A stretch of 57,958 nucleotides of DNA from Bacilli bacterium (GTDB lineage: Bacteria; Bacillota_I; Bacilli_A; RF39; UBA660), in the NCBI GenBank assembly GCA_051872655.1, contig JBJEEB010000006.1, positions 1 to 57,958 of the forward strand, read 5' to 3'. Numbering within the stretch: the first letter of the stretch is position 1; every line of letters starts with the position of its first letter. The notes beneath the pieces were generated by a model. The model ran no database searches. It had not been told where the DNA came from and was given only the letters and a program-made list of their open reading frames with translations. The translations under genes and the position numbers were made by a program. Below, one piece after another: positions 10,167 to 20,678 of this stretch.

Positions 10167-11114
10167 ATGTTAGATCAGTATAAGTGTGGACAACCTATAG
10201 TATATAATATTTTAAGTAATGCTATTGCTCATGATAAGTTATCTCATGCTTATTTATTTGATTCTAATGGTAATAGTGATGTTGAAAAAATTGTTTTATC
10301 TTTTGTTAAGATGATTATTACTAATAATATTCTTGATGAAAATGAAAAAAATAATATTTGTATGAGAATTGATGATGGTAATTATGTCGATGTTAAAATT
10401 ATTGAACCTGATGGAATATGGATAAAAAAAGATCAATTACTTGATTTGCAAAGTGAATTTAGTAAAAAATCTATTGAGGGTAATAAGAAAATTTACATTA
10501 TTAAGTCTGCTGATAAAATGAATGTTCAAACTGCTAATTCAATACTTAAGTTTTTAGAGGAACCTATTGATGATATTATTGCTATTTTGATTGTGGATAA
10601 TATTAATTTAGTTATTGAGACTATTGTGTCTAGGTGTCAAATTATTAAACTAAATAAGAAACCTCTGTCTTTAAAATCAATAGATAATTTTTCTTCTTAT
10701 TTTTATCAAGGAAAATATTCTTTATTTAAAGATGAAGAAAAGAGTAAGATAATAGATGATGTTCTTTCGTTTATTATGTTTTTGGAAAATAATGGATTGG
10801 ATACTATTGTTTATTCTAAAAAAATTTGGCATAATAATTTTAAAGATAGAGAATTGTCTATATTAGCAGTTAATCTTTGTATTTATTTTTATTATGATGT
10901 TATTAAATATAAATGTAATTTGGAAAAATATTTTTATGAAGACAAGCTATCTAGTATCGAAATTGTAGGTGAAAAAAATAACTATTCTAGATTAATAAAT
11001 AAAATTGAAGTACTTGATAGAACTGAAAATTATTTGAAAAGAAATTTGAATATTAATTTACTTATTGATAAAATGATTATAGATATGTGTGGTGATATTA
11101 ATGAAAATAGTTAA
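10167..11114 (+). CDS. holB: DNA polymerase III delta-prime
   Basis: SHAYLF, ANSILKFLEEP, TIVSRC; upstream of yaaT; start moved to ATG 10167. Confidence 0.88.
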   Translation: MLDQYKCGQPIVYNILSNAIAHDKLSHAYLFDSNGNSDVEKIVLSFVKMIITNNILDENEKNNICMRIDDGNYVDVKIIEPDGIWIKKDQLLDLQSEFSKKSIEGNKKIYIIKSADKMNVQTANSILKFLEEPIDDIIAILIVDNINLVIETIVSRCQIIKLNKKPLSLKSIDNFSSYFYQGKYSLFKDEEKSKIIDDVLSFIMFLENNGLDTIVYSKKIWHNNFKDRELSILAVNLCIYFYYDVIKYKCNLEKYFYEDKLSSIEIVGEKNNYSRLINKIEVLDRTENYLKRNLNINLLIDKMIIDMCGDINENS

Positions 11115-11877
11115 TGTTAAGATTAATGATTTTGGTAGAAATTTTTATTATGATTGTAATGGACTGAATTTGAAAAAAAATCTTACTGTTATTGTTACTA
11201 CTGATAGAGGATTAGAGTTTGGTACTGTTGTTGATTTTATTGATGTAGAAGAAGATAATAATTATGAAAAGGTTAATAGAATTGCTACTAAAAAGGATTA
11301 TCTTCAACATATGAAAAATTTGAATGATGCTAAAATTGCTTTAGATAAGTGTCGTGAACTAGCTAGTAAGAATGGTTTAAATATGGTTATTATTGATGCT
11401 AATTATAATTTTGATAAAAGTCAGTTATTATTTAGATTTTTAGCTGATGAGAGAATTGATTTTAGAAATCTTGCTAGAGAACTTGGCTCTAGGCTTAAAA
11501 CGAGAATTGAACTTAGGCAGATTGGTATAAGGGATAAAGCAAAAGAAATTGGTGGAATAGGTCCTTGTGGTAGGCATTTATGTTGTAGTACTTTTCTTAC
11601 TAGTTTTGATTCAGTATCTATTAGTATGGCTAAGAATCAGGGACTTGCTTTGAATCCTACTAAAATTAATGGTGTATGTGGAAGGTTGTTGTGTTGTTTA
11701 AATTATGAAAATGATTTATATACTGAATTAAGAAAGAATGTTTTAGATGTTGGTAAAAAAACTTTTGTTAATGGTAAGGAAGGAAAAGTTATTTCATCAG
11801 AACCTTTACTTGGTAAGTATAAAGTTCTTGTGGATGATGAGATAGTTGAAGTTGATGTAAATGATAGTAAAAAATAA
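11101..11877 (+). CDS. yaaT: RicT/YaaT (PSP1 domain) protein
   Basis: RIELRQIG, GPCGRHLCC, CGRLLCCL. Confidence 0.93.
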   Translation: MKIVNVKINDFGRNFYYDCNGLNLKKNLTVIVTTDRGLEFGTVVDFIDVEEDNNYEKVNRIATKKDYLQHMKNLNDAKIALDKCRELASKNGLNMVIIDANYNFDKSQLLFRFLADERIDFRNLARELGSRLKTRIELRQIGIRDKAKEIGGIGPCGRHLCCSTFLTSFDSVSISMAKNQGLALNPTKINGVCGRLLCCLNYENDLYTELRKNVLDVGKKTFVNGKEGKVISSEPLLGKYKVLVDDEIVEVDVNDSKK

Positions 11878-12583
11878 TTTATTAAATTTTAAAAATAAAT
11901 ATATTTATCAAGATACAGAATATTTTAAAATGTCTCTTGATAGTCTTTTGCTTGCTAATTTTGTAACTATTAATTTGCGTGATAAAAAAATACTTGATAT
12001 TGCTACTGGTAATGCTCCTATTCCTATGCTTTTAACTTATAGAACTAAAGCACATATATATGGTGTTGAAATTCAGAAAGAGGTTTATTCTTTAGGAAAG
12101 ATATCTATTAATGAAAATAATATGACAGAACAAATTAGTTTGATTAATGAAGATGCTAATAATCTTATTAATATATTTAATTCTGATACTTTTGATGTTA
12201 TTGTTTGTAATCCTCCTTATTTTAAAACTAATAATATTTTATTTGAAAATAATAATAATATTAAGTCTTTAGCTAGACATGAAAAGTCTTTAGTACTTGA
12301 AGATGTTTTTAGAATAAGTAAAGTTTTGCTTAAAAATAATGGTAGACTTGCTATTGTACATAGAAGTGAAAGATTTATGGAAATTTTAATTCTTATGAAA
12401 AAGTATAATATTGAGCCTAAGAAAGTTAGGTTTGTTTACCCTAACAGAGAAAAAAATAGTGATTTAGTTTTAATTGAAGGTACTTTAAATGGCAAGAGTG
12501 GTCTTAAAATATTAAAACCTTTATTTATATATGATAGAGATAATGTTTATACGAAAGAAGTAGAAGATATGTTTGGAGAGTGA
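11861..12583 (+). CDS. yabB: tRNA1(Val) adenine-N6 methyltransferase, YabB family
   Basis: DIATGNA SAM motif, NPPYF, ARHE; synteny. Confidence 0.85.
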   Translation: MIVKNNLLNFKNKYIYQDTEYFKMSLDSLLLANFVTINLRDKKILDIATGNAPIPMLLTYRTKAHIYGVEIQKEVYSLGKISINENNMTEQISLINEDANNLINIFNSDTFDVIVCNPPYFKTNNILFENNNNIKSLARHEKSLVLEDVFRISKVLLKNNGRLAIVHRSERFMEILILMKKYNIEPKKVRFVYPNREKNSDLVLIEGTLNGKSGLKILKPLFIYDRDNVYTKEVEDMFGE

Positions 12584-12587
12584 TTTT

Positions 12588-13427
12588 ATGGTACAAGATA
12601 GTTATAATGATAGTCCTACTTTATATTTAATATCAACACCTATTGGTAATTTAGAGGATATTACTTATAGGAGTATAAGAATATTAAATGAGGTAGATGT
12701 TATTTTTTCAGAAGATACTAGGGTAACTCTTAATTTACTTACACATTATGGTATTAGTAAAAAATTGATTTCTTTACATGAACATAATGAGGAAATTGTA
12801 AAGGAGAGGGTACTTAAATTCCTTGAGAATGGTGATAGTGTAGCATTAGTTACTGATAGAGGTACTCCAATTATTAGTGATCCTGGTTATAAAACTGTTA
12901 AATATGTTAGTGATAATGGTTTTAATGTTGTTGCTCTTCCTGGTGCTACTGCTTTTGTACCTGCACTTATTACTTCTGGTATTTCTCCTCAACCTTTTTT
13001 ATTTTATGGATTTCTTGATAGTAAAGATGGTAGTAGAAAAAAAGAGTTAGAATTATTATCTGATTATGAGGAGACAATCATTTTTTATGAAGCTCCTCAT
13101 AGGATAATTAAAACTTTAAATATGATGCTTGATATTTTTGGAGATAGAAATATTAGTATATCTAGAGAAATTACTAAAAAGTTTGAAACTATTTATAGAG
13201 GAAAAATTAGTGAAGTAATTAATGTTGTTCCAGATAAGGGAGAATTTGTTATAATTGTTGAAGGTATGAAAGATAAAAAAATAGATGATAATATTAGTGT
13301 TAGAGAGGCTGTAAATAATTATATTAGTGCTGGTTTTGATGTTATGACTTCAATTAAAAAAGTTGCTAAGGATAGAGGACTAGCTAAGAATGTTATTTAT
13401 AGTGAATATCATCGGGAGGATAAATAA
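12588..13427 (+). CDS. rsmI: 16S rRNA C1402 2'-O-methyltransferase
   Basis: TPIGNLEDIT, EDTR, GTPIISDPG, FYEAPHR. Confidence 0.95.
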   Translation: MVQDSYNDSPTLYLISTPIGNLEDITYRSIRILNEVDVIFSEDTRVTLNLLTHYGISKKLISLHEHNEEIVKERVLKFLENGDSVALVTDRGTPIISDPGYKTVKYVSDNGFNVVALPGATAFVPALITSGISPQPFLFYGFLDSKDGSRKKELELLSDYEETIIFYEAPHRIIKTLNMMLDIFGDRNISISREITKKFETIYRGKISEVINVVPDKGEFVIIVEGMKDKKIDDNISVREAVNNYISAGFDVMTSIKKVAKDRGLAKNVIYSEYHREDK

Positions 13428-13996
13428 TGAAGTTAATTGTTGGGCTTGGTAATCCTGGTAAGGAATACGACAAAACAAGACATAATATTGGTTTTAATAT
13501 ACTAGATATAATTGCAGACAAATATAATCTTTCATTTAATGAAAATAAGAAATTTAATGCTTTAGAAGTTATTTTTAATATAATGAATGAAAAAATTATT
13601 CTTATTAAACCACTTACTTTTATGAATTTATCTGGTGATTGTGTTGTTAAGTATGTTGATTATTATAATATTGATATTAATGATATACTTGTTATTCATG
13701 ATGATTTGGATATGGAGCTTGGTAAGATAAGAATAGTTTATGATAGTTCTAGTGGTGGTCATAATGGTATTAAGAGTATTATTAATAATTTGAATAGTCA
13801 AAAATTTACTAGATTAAAAATTGGTATAGCTCATAATAAAAATATTGATACTAAAGATTATGTGTTAGGTAAATTTAGTAAGGAAGATATGGATATTTTA
13901 TCTGATACTTATAATAAAGTTTCTAATATAGTTCAGGATTTTATTAATAATGATATTAATACTTTAAAACAAATTTATAGTAATAAAAATAATTAG
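13427..13996 (+). CDS. pth: Peptidyl-tRNA hydrolase
   Basis: LIVGLGNPG, TRHNIG, GGHNG. Confidence 0.97.
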   Translation: MKLIVGLGNPGKEYDKTRHNIGFNILDIIADKYNLSFNENKKFNALEVIFNIMNEKIILIKPLTFMNLSGDCVVKYVDYYNIDINDILVIHDDLDMELGKIRIVYDSSSGGHNGIKSIINNLNSQKFTRLKIGIAHNKNIDTKDYVLGKFSKEDMDILSDTYNKVSNIVQDFINNDINTLKQIYSNKNN

Positions 13997-14038
13997 ATAC
14001 AAAATATTTGTATCTTTTAGTGTTGGAGGTGATAATAT

Positions 14039-17000
14039 ATGGCATTTTTTGATAATTTATTTGATATTAGTAATAAAGATGAACAATTAGTTACTGGTTT
14101 GAATAGGGAACTTAATTGTATTTATATATATGATTATTTTAATAAATATAATAAGAATATTTTAATTGTTACTAATTCTTTATATGAAGCAAATGATTTA
14201 TATAATAGATTAATTAATTATACTGATAAAGTATTATTTTTTCCTATGGATGATTTTATGACTAGTGAAGCTTCAATTATTAGTCCTGAACTTATGATTG
14301 AAAGACTTAATACTTTAAATAAAATTTTAGAAGATGATAAATATATTGTTATTTCTAACTTGATGGGGCTACTTAGATACCTTCCTAGTAAGTCTTTATA
14401 TGAGAGTAAGATTGTAAAATTAAATACTGACTTAGATGTAAATAGAGATGTGTTAATTAACAAATTATTTGACTTAGGTTATGAGAAAGTTCCACTTGTT
14501 ACTAAAACTGGCGAAATGGCTATTAGAGGATACGTTATTGATATATTTCCTATTGGAATAGATAATCCTATAAGAATAGAATTTTGGGGAGATACTATTG
14601 ATATTATTAAATATTTTGATTTGGATAGTCAGATTTCTAATGCTTGTGTAGATGAAATTTCTATATATCCTTTTACGGAATTTTTACTTGATAATAAGAA
14701 TGATATTGACAGTAAAATGTTTAAACAAAAATATTTACCTTATTATTCTAAACTTGTTCAAGGTATATGGAATTATTTATGTAATTATACTCTTTTTTAC
14801 TATGATTATAATCAAATTATAGAAGCTTATAGATTACTTAGAGAGAATATTATTAATTATGATAATGAAATAAATGATAGCATTAAGACTAATTATATGT
14901 TTGATATAAGTGATGTTAAGTATAATAATATTATTTATATGTTAGAATTTGATAATTTACTTGATATTAATATAAATAATAAGTGTAATTATTTATCTAG
15001 TAATATTGACAATTATCAAGGTGATTTTGAAAAGATTAAGACTAGTTTATATAAGTATATTAATAGTGGTAAAACTGTTATTATGTGTATTGATAATAAA
15101 AATGTTACTAAGAGGGTAGTTAGTTATCTTGATATATTGGATGATGTTATATTAACTAATGAGAAAGAGATTATTAAAAATAAGATTAATATTATTAATA
15201 AATATATTATTAGTGGTTTTATATATAATGATTATGTTGTTATTTCTTCAAATGATTTATTTGGTAGAATAGAGGAAAAAAGAAAAGTTAAGAATAAATA
15301 TAAAGTTGGTAGTAAGATTAGTAATATTGATAATTTAGAGAAGGGTGACTTTATTGTTCACATCGATCATGGTATTGGTCAATATATTGAACTTTGTACT
15401 TTAATTAAAAATGGATTAAAGAAGGATTATATTAAACTTTTATATGCTGATGGTGATATTTTATATTTACCAGTAGAAAAAATTGATAAGATTACTAAGT
15501 TTAATGGTAGAGAAGGTGCTTCTATTAGACTTGATAAGCTTGGTACTGATTCTTGGAATAAGAAAAAGGCTAGAGTTAGAAGTAAATTAGAAAATATAGC
15601 AGGAGATTTAATTAGAGTTTCTGCTGAAAGGGAAAATTCTAAAGGGTATGCTTTTAGCCCTGATGATGAAAATCAGATACTTTTTGAAAGTAAATTTAAG
15701 TATACTGCAACTCCTGATCAAGAGAGAGCTATTAATATCATTAAAAGAGAGATGGAAAAGGATAAACCAATGGATATGCTTTTATGTGGTGATGTTGGTT
15801 ATGGTAAGACAGAGGTTGCTTTTCGGGCTATATTTAAGGCTGTTAATGATGGTAAACAAGTGGCTTATCTTTGCCCTACGACTATTCTTTCTAGTCAGCA
15901 GTATAATTCTGCTTTAGATAGATTTAGTGATTTTCCTATTAATATTGCTCTTCTTAATAGATTTACTTCAGTTAAGGATCAAAATATTATTTTTGATAAT
16001 TTGAAGAATGGTAAGATAGATATTTTATTTGGGACGCATAAGCTTCTTAATGATAAGGTTGATTTTAAGGATTTAGGTCTTCTTATTATTGATGAAGAAC
16101 AAAGATTTGGTGTTGTTCATAAGGAAAAGGTTAAGAAATATAAAAGTAGTATAGATGTACTAACACTTAGTGCTACTCCTATTCCTAGAACTCTTCAGAT
16201 GTCAATGTCTGGGATTAGAGGTCTTGCTCTTATTGAAACTCCTCCAGAAAAGAGAAGACCTATTCAGACTTATGTTATGCCAGAGAGTATAAATATTATA
16301 AAAGATGCTATTTATAAAGAGTTATCGAGAAATGGTCAAATATTTATGCTTTATAATAGTGTTGAAAAAATTGATAGTAAATTAGAAGAAATAAGTAAGT
16401 TAGTACCTGAGGCTAATATTAGATATGCTCATGGTAGAATGACTAAAATTGAACTTGAGAATATTATGCTTGATTTTACTAATCATAAGTTTGATATATT
16501 ACTTTGTACTACAATTATTGAGACTGGTATAGATATTCCTAATGTTAATACATTAATTGTTCTTGATGCTGATAGATTTGGATTATCACAGTTATATCAG
16601 ATTAGAGGTAGAATTGGTCGTAGTGATAGAATTGGTTATGCTTATCTTATGTATAATGGTAAAAAGGAACTTAATGATTTAGCAGTTAAGAGACTTAATA
16701 CAATTAAAGAATTTACAGAACTTGGTAGTGGCTTTAAAATTGCTATGAGGGATTTATCAATTAGAGGAGCAGGTGATATTCTTGGTAGTGAACAATCTGG
16801 TTTTATTGATAGTATTGGTATAGATTTGTATCTTAAAATGCTGAAAGAAGAAGTTGATAAGCTTAAAGGTATTAAAGTTGAGGAAGATAAAGTAGAAAGT
16901 ATTAAACCTCTTATTGAAGTTGAAACTCATATTTCTTCTGAATATGCTCCTGATGATGAGATTAAACTTGAATTACATAAATTGATTAATGATATTAATT

Positions 17001-17362
17001 CTGAGGAAGATATTGAAAATTTGTGTAAAGTAATTAAAGATAGATTTGGTAAGGTTACTGAAGAAATGATTATTTATATGCATGAAGAATGGTTTGAGAA
17101 ACAAGCTAAGTCTCTTAATATTACTGAAACTAAACAAACTAAAACTTATATTGAAATAGTTCTTCCACAGTATATATCTAAACAAATTGATGGAGAAAAA
17201 TTATTTTTTGCTGCTTATGAAATATCTAAGTATTTTAGATTTTCTTATAATAATAATCAGATTCATATTTATTTAGATACTATTAAATTAGATAAACATT
17301 TTGTATATTATTTGAATGATTTACTTGGTGTTATTATAAAAGATATAAAGAAGGAATATTGA
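14039..17362 (+). CDS. mfd: Transcription-repair coupling factor
   Basis: CarD/RID VHIDHGIG, GDVGYGKT, DEEQRFG, TRG motif. Confidence 0.97.
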   Translation: MAFFDNLFDISNKDEQLVTGLNRELNCIYIYDYFNKYNKNILIVTNSLYEANDLYNRLINYTDKVLFFPMDDFMTSEASIISPELMIERLNTLNKILEDDKYIVISNLMGLLRYLPSKSLYESKIVKLNTDLDVNRDVLINKLFDLGYEKVPLVTKTGEMAIRGYVIDIFPIGIDNPIRIEFWGDTIDIIKYFDLDSQISNACVDEISIYPFTEFLLDNKNDIDSKMFKQKYLPYYSKLVQGIWNYLCNYTLFYYDYNQIIEAYRLLRENIINYDNEINDSIKTNYMFDISDVKYNNIIYMLEFDNLLDININNKCNYLSSNIDNYQGDFEKIKTSLYKYINSGKTVIMCIDNKNVTKRVVSYLDILDDVILTNEKEIIKNKINIINKYIISGFIYNDYVVISSNDLFGRIEEKRKVKNKYKVGSKISNIDNLEKGDFIVHIDHGIGQYIELCTLIKNGLKKDYIKLLYADGDILYLPVEKIDKITKFNGREGASIRLDKLGTDSWNKKKARVRSKLENIAGDLIRVSAERENSKGYAFSPDDENQILFESKFKYTATPDQERAINIIKREMEKDKPMDMLLCGDVGYGKTEVAFRAIFKAVNDGKQVAYLCPTTILSSQQYNSALDRFSDFPINIALLNRFTSVKDQNIIFDNLKNGKIDILFGTHKLLNDKVDFKDLGLLIIDEEQRFGVVHKEKVKKYKSSIDVLTLSATPIPRTLQMSMSGIRGLALIETPPEKRRPIQTYVMPESINIIKDAIYKELSRNGQIFMLYNSVEKIDSKLEEISKLVPEANIRYAHGRMTKIELENIMLDFTNHKFDILLCTTIIETGIDIPNVNTLIVLDADRFGLSQLYQIRGRIGRSDRIGYAYLMYNGKKELNDLAVKRLNTIKEFTELGSGFKIAMRDLSIRGAGDILGSEQSGFIDSIGIDLYLKMLKEEVDKLKGIKVEEDKVESIKPLIEVETHISSEYAPDDEIKLELHKLINDINSEEDIENLCKVIKDRFGKVTEEMIIYMHEEWFEKQAKSLNITETKQTKTYIEIVLPQYISKQIDGEKLFFAAYEISKYFRFSYNNNQIHIYLDTIKLDKHFVYYLNDLLGVIIKDIKKEY

Positions 17363-17418
17363 CAATAATAAACTAATATGACATAATATGATTACAAATT
17401 TTATGTGGAGGTAATGGT

Positions 17419-17793
17419 ATGAATTATGATATGAAAGAAACAAAAAGAAAAAAAATTTATACATTTCGTTGTGTAAATACAAAAGTTTCATTTGATGATA
17501 ATGGTTATATTGTGGAAGCAAGTAATTTTTCAAACTTTATGTGGTGGTGTACTCAAAATATAGATGAAAAATTAGTTGGAAAACATATAACTGAATTAGC
17601 AAGATTAATTAAAGAAAATGCACTTAATGTTGATGTTTATATTAATTTTTTAGAAAATGTAGTTTTAAAATTTTATGAAATATCTCTAAAAAATTATAAG
17701 AAAACTATAGATTCATTAGTAAATGATTTAGAAAGTCAAAGTGACGTACCTTCATTAGGTGTAAATAATAAAGAAAGAGTTAAAAAGATGTAG
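17419..17793 (+). CDS. Hypothetical protein
   Basis: 124-aa ORF with GGAGG RBS and upstream TTGACA; no motif recognised. Confidence 0.65.
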   Translation: MNYDMKETKRKKIYTFRCVNTKVSFDDNGYIVEASNFSNFMWWCTQNIDEKLVGKHITELARLIKENALNVDVYINFLENVVLKFYEISLKNYKKTIDSLVNDLESQSDVPSLGVNNKERVKKM

Positions 17794-17956
17794 TTGGTAT
17801 AATTAAATTTGTTAATAAATTTTATAAAATTAATGGGATTTTTTATGAACGAAATTCCATTTTTAATTTTGGGTAGTAAATAATTTTAATTTTTTTGATT
17901 TAAAGTATATTTCTTTATTTATTAGACAAAATATTAAAGAAAGTATAGGTGAATAT

Positions 17957-18487
17957 ATGAAAACAACTGGTGTTATTAGAAGAATAGATGAATTGGGTAG
18001 AATAGTTATTCCAAAGGAAATAAGAAAAAGTTTAAGAATTAAGAATGGTGAGAGTTTAGAGGTGTTTTTGGATGGTGATAGTATAATATTAAAGAAGTTT
18101 TCACAGATTGAAAGTTTGGAAAATATATCTGTTGATTACGTTGAGGCGTTTAATCAAATTATTAAACATAATATTATTGTTACTGATAGAGATAAAGTAG
18201 TGGCTGTATCTGGTCCATTAAAGAAAAAATATCTTGGTAAAAATATTAATGAATTTACTGAGAGATCTATTGAAAGAAGGGATTCCTTTTCTGAAAAGCA
18301 AAAAAAGGAATTTAAGATAATTGAAAATGAGGAAGATGTCGGGTATTATACTTTTGTTTCAATTGTTAATAATGGTGATGCTATAGGTAGTGTTATTATT
18401 ATATCTACTGATGTACCTATTACTGATACTGAAGATAAACTTGCTATAGTTCTATCTAATTTGCTTAGTAAACAGTTTATTGATTAA
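17957..18487 (+). CDS. spoVT: Stage V sporulation protein T (AbrB + GAF)
   Basis: TGVIRRIDELGRIVIPKEIR, VTDRD GAF domain; near mfd; SigG-like GTATA-N17-CAAAATA at 17905-17933. Confidence 0.92.
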   Translation: MKTTGVIRRIDELGRIVIPKEIRKSLRIKNGESLEVFLDGDSIILKKFSQIESLENISVDYVEAFNQIIKHNIIVTDRDKVVAVSGPLKKKYLGKNINEFTERSIERRDSFSEKQKKEFKIIENEEDVGYYTFVSIVNNGDAIGSVIIISTDVPITDTEDKLAIVLSNLLSKQFID

Positions 18488-18566
18488 TATCATAGATTAT
18501 CTATGGTATTTTTTTTAAAATTTACTTGTTTTTGTGTTATACTTATGTAGTAGGAGTTGTAAGAAT

Positions 18567-20297
18567 ATGAAGGATTTTTTAGGAAATTTAAAGTTTGCAT
18601 GGAAATACGCTAAAAATAATAAGAAAAATTTAATATGGTATATTATAGTAAATATTTTAATAATAATTATAAGTGTTATAGTTCCAGTATTATCTGCAAA
18701 AATAATTATATATTTAACAGATAATGAATTTTATCAATTACTATTAATTGCACTTATTATAATGTTAGTTGAGTGGTTTAGAAATTTTATGCATTATTTT
18801 AGAAGGCATAATAGTAATATATTATTTAGAGAAACATATGTTAATCTTCAAACAAATTTAGGTAAAGAGATATTAAAAATAGAAAATAAATATATAGATA
18901 GCACAGGTTCTGGCTTATTTATACAAAGACTTACAAATGATACTTCAAAATTATCTGAAATATTTCCTTTACTTGGTGATTTTTTAACAAATATAATTAC
19001 ATATATTGGTATATTTGTTGCAATATTTGTAATTAATAAGATTGTATTTGTATATATGGTTTTATCGATTATAATAATATATTTTGTTGAAAGAAAAAGA
19101 GTAAAACTTAGAAATGAAAATGATAAGAAATTTAGAAAAATGAATGAAAAAGTTTCAAGTTTTGTTGGTGAAATGGTAAGAGGAATTAGAGATATAAAAA
19201 TGCTTAATTCTGAGGAAAGTTTTTCAAATGAATTAAAGCGTAAAGTAATTAATTTAAATTTTGAAAGATACGAAATGAATAGGGTTGATAGAAATTATAG
19301 TTTATATAGTGGTACTTTATTAGATTTAAATGATTTTTTACTTATAGTTTTATTAGTACTTTTAATTAAAAATAAAGATATAACTATTGCAAGTGCACTT
19401 GTTATTCATAATTATTCATCAAGGCTATCAGATGTTGTATATTGGGTAGGTTCACTTTTAGAAAAAGTGAAAGATTTTAATTTATCTGTTGATAGAATAA
19501 AAGAGATTATGAATAGTGAAAAATTTACAAAAGAAACATTTGGAACTAAACATATAGATAAGGTACATGGTGATTTTGAGTTTAAAAATGTAACATTTGC
19601 GTATGATGAAAAAAATATATTAGATAAAGCAAGTTTTAAAATAGAAGCAAATAGTACAGTAGCATTTGTAGGTAAAAGTGGTGCTGGTAAAACTACTATA
19701 TTTAGTTTACTTTGTAAATTATATAATATAGATTCAGGAGAAATAACGATAGATGGAATTAATATAAATAAACTAGATAAAGATTCAATAAGAGGTAACA
19801 TTACAATTATTAATCAAAATCCTTATATATTTAATGTTAGTATTAAAGATAATTTAAGACTTGTAAAAGAAGATATTACTGAGGAAGAAATGATTGAGGC
19901 TTGTAAAATGGCTTGCCTTGATGATTTTATTAATACTCTTCCTGAAAAATATGATACTATTGTTGGAGAAGGTGGTGTTAATTTATCAGGTGGTCAAAAA
20001 CAGAGATTAGCTATTGCTAGAGCATTAGTTCAAAAAACTGAAATAATATTATTTGATGAAGCTACTAGTGCATTAGATAATGAAACACAAGAAAGAATTC
20101 AAGAAGCAATTAATAATATGCAAGGTGAATATACAATACTTATAATTGCTCATAGATTATCTACAATAATTAATGCAGATAGAATATTATTTTTAGATGA
20201 TGGTAAAATAAAAGCAGAAGGTACTCATGAATATTTACTTAAGAATTATGTTGAATATAAAAAACTTTATGAGACAGAAATTAAAAATAGAAAGTAA
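18567..20297 (+). CDS. ABC exporter, fused permease-ATPase (MsbA/multidrug type)
   Basis: N-terminal TM helices, GKSGAGKT, LSGGQ, FDEATSALD. Confidence 0.92.
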   Translation: MKDFLGNLKFAWKYAKNNKKNLIWYIIVNILIIIISVIVPVLSAKIIIYLTDNEFYQLLLIALIIMLVEWFRNFMHYFRRHNSNILFRETYVNLQTNLGKEILKIENKYIDSTGSGLFIQRLTNDTSKLSEIFPLLGDFLTNIITYIGIFVAIFVINKIVFVYMVLSIIIIYFVERKRVKLRNENDKKFRKMNEKVSSFVGEMVRGIRDIKMLNSEESFSNELKRKVINLNFERYEMNRVDRNYSLYSGTLLDLNDFLLIVLLVLLIKNKDITIASALVIHNYSSRLSDVVYWVGSLLEKVKDFNLSVDRIKEIMNSEKFTKETFGTKHIDKVHGDFEFKNVTFAYDEKNILDKASFKIEANSTVAFVGKSGAGKTTIFSLLCKLYNIDSGEITIDGININKLDKDSIRGNITIINQNPYIFNVSIKDNLRLVKEDITEEEMIEACKMACLDDFINTLPEKYDTIVGEGGVNLSGGQKQRLAIARALVQKTEIILFDEATSALDNETQERIQEAINNMQGEYTILIIAHRLSTIINADRILFLDDGKIKAEGTHEYLLKNYVEYKKLYETEIKNRK

Positions 20298-20339
20298 AGT
20301 ATTATAGTTTAGTAGAAAGCGTTAGTACAAAAAATAATT

Positions 20340-20393
20340 TGATAATGAGACTTACAGGCTTATTATCATTTAGAGAGATTTTAGGCTCTCTAA
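20340..20393 (+). other. Twin-hairpin element, copy 1 (function unknown)
   Basis: TGATAATGAG-ACTTACAGG-CTTATTATCA, t, TTAGAGAG-ATTTTAGG-CTCTCTAA. Confidence 0.75.
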
Positions 20394-20447
20394 GAATAAA
20401 TAAAAATAATACTTGAAAATATGTTTTTTATATGATAAAATACTTTG

Positions 20448-20668
20448 TGTAAAGCGAAGAAAGAAAGAGTAATAGAAAGAGTATTTTAAAGAGAGTCTAT
20501 GATGGTGGAAATTAGATAAAGAAAAACTATTATGAATGGTTCTGGAGCAGTTATATCTAATAGGTATAAACGGTGGTTACGTTATAACTTAATGAGTGTA
20601 TTATTATAAAATAAGGTGGTACCGCGGATATTTATTCGTCCTTTTGTGTCCATCTTATTTTTTTATTA
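20448..20668 (+). promoter_or_regulatory. T-box riboswitch with Met (AUG) specifier
   Basis: Stem I AGAGA/GGTGGAA motifs, specifier GA-ATG-G-TTC (ATG 20536-20538), T-box AAGGTGGTACCGCG; promoter TTGAAA-N17-TAAAAT at 20413-20441. Confidence 0.9.
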
Positions 20669-20678
20669 GAGGTGTATT

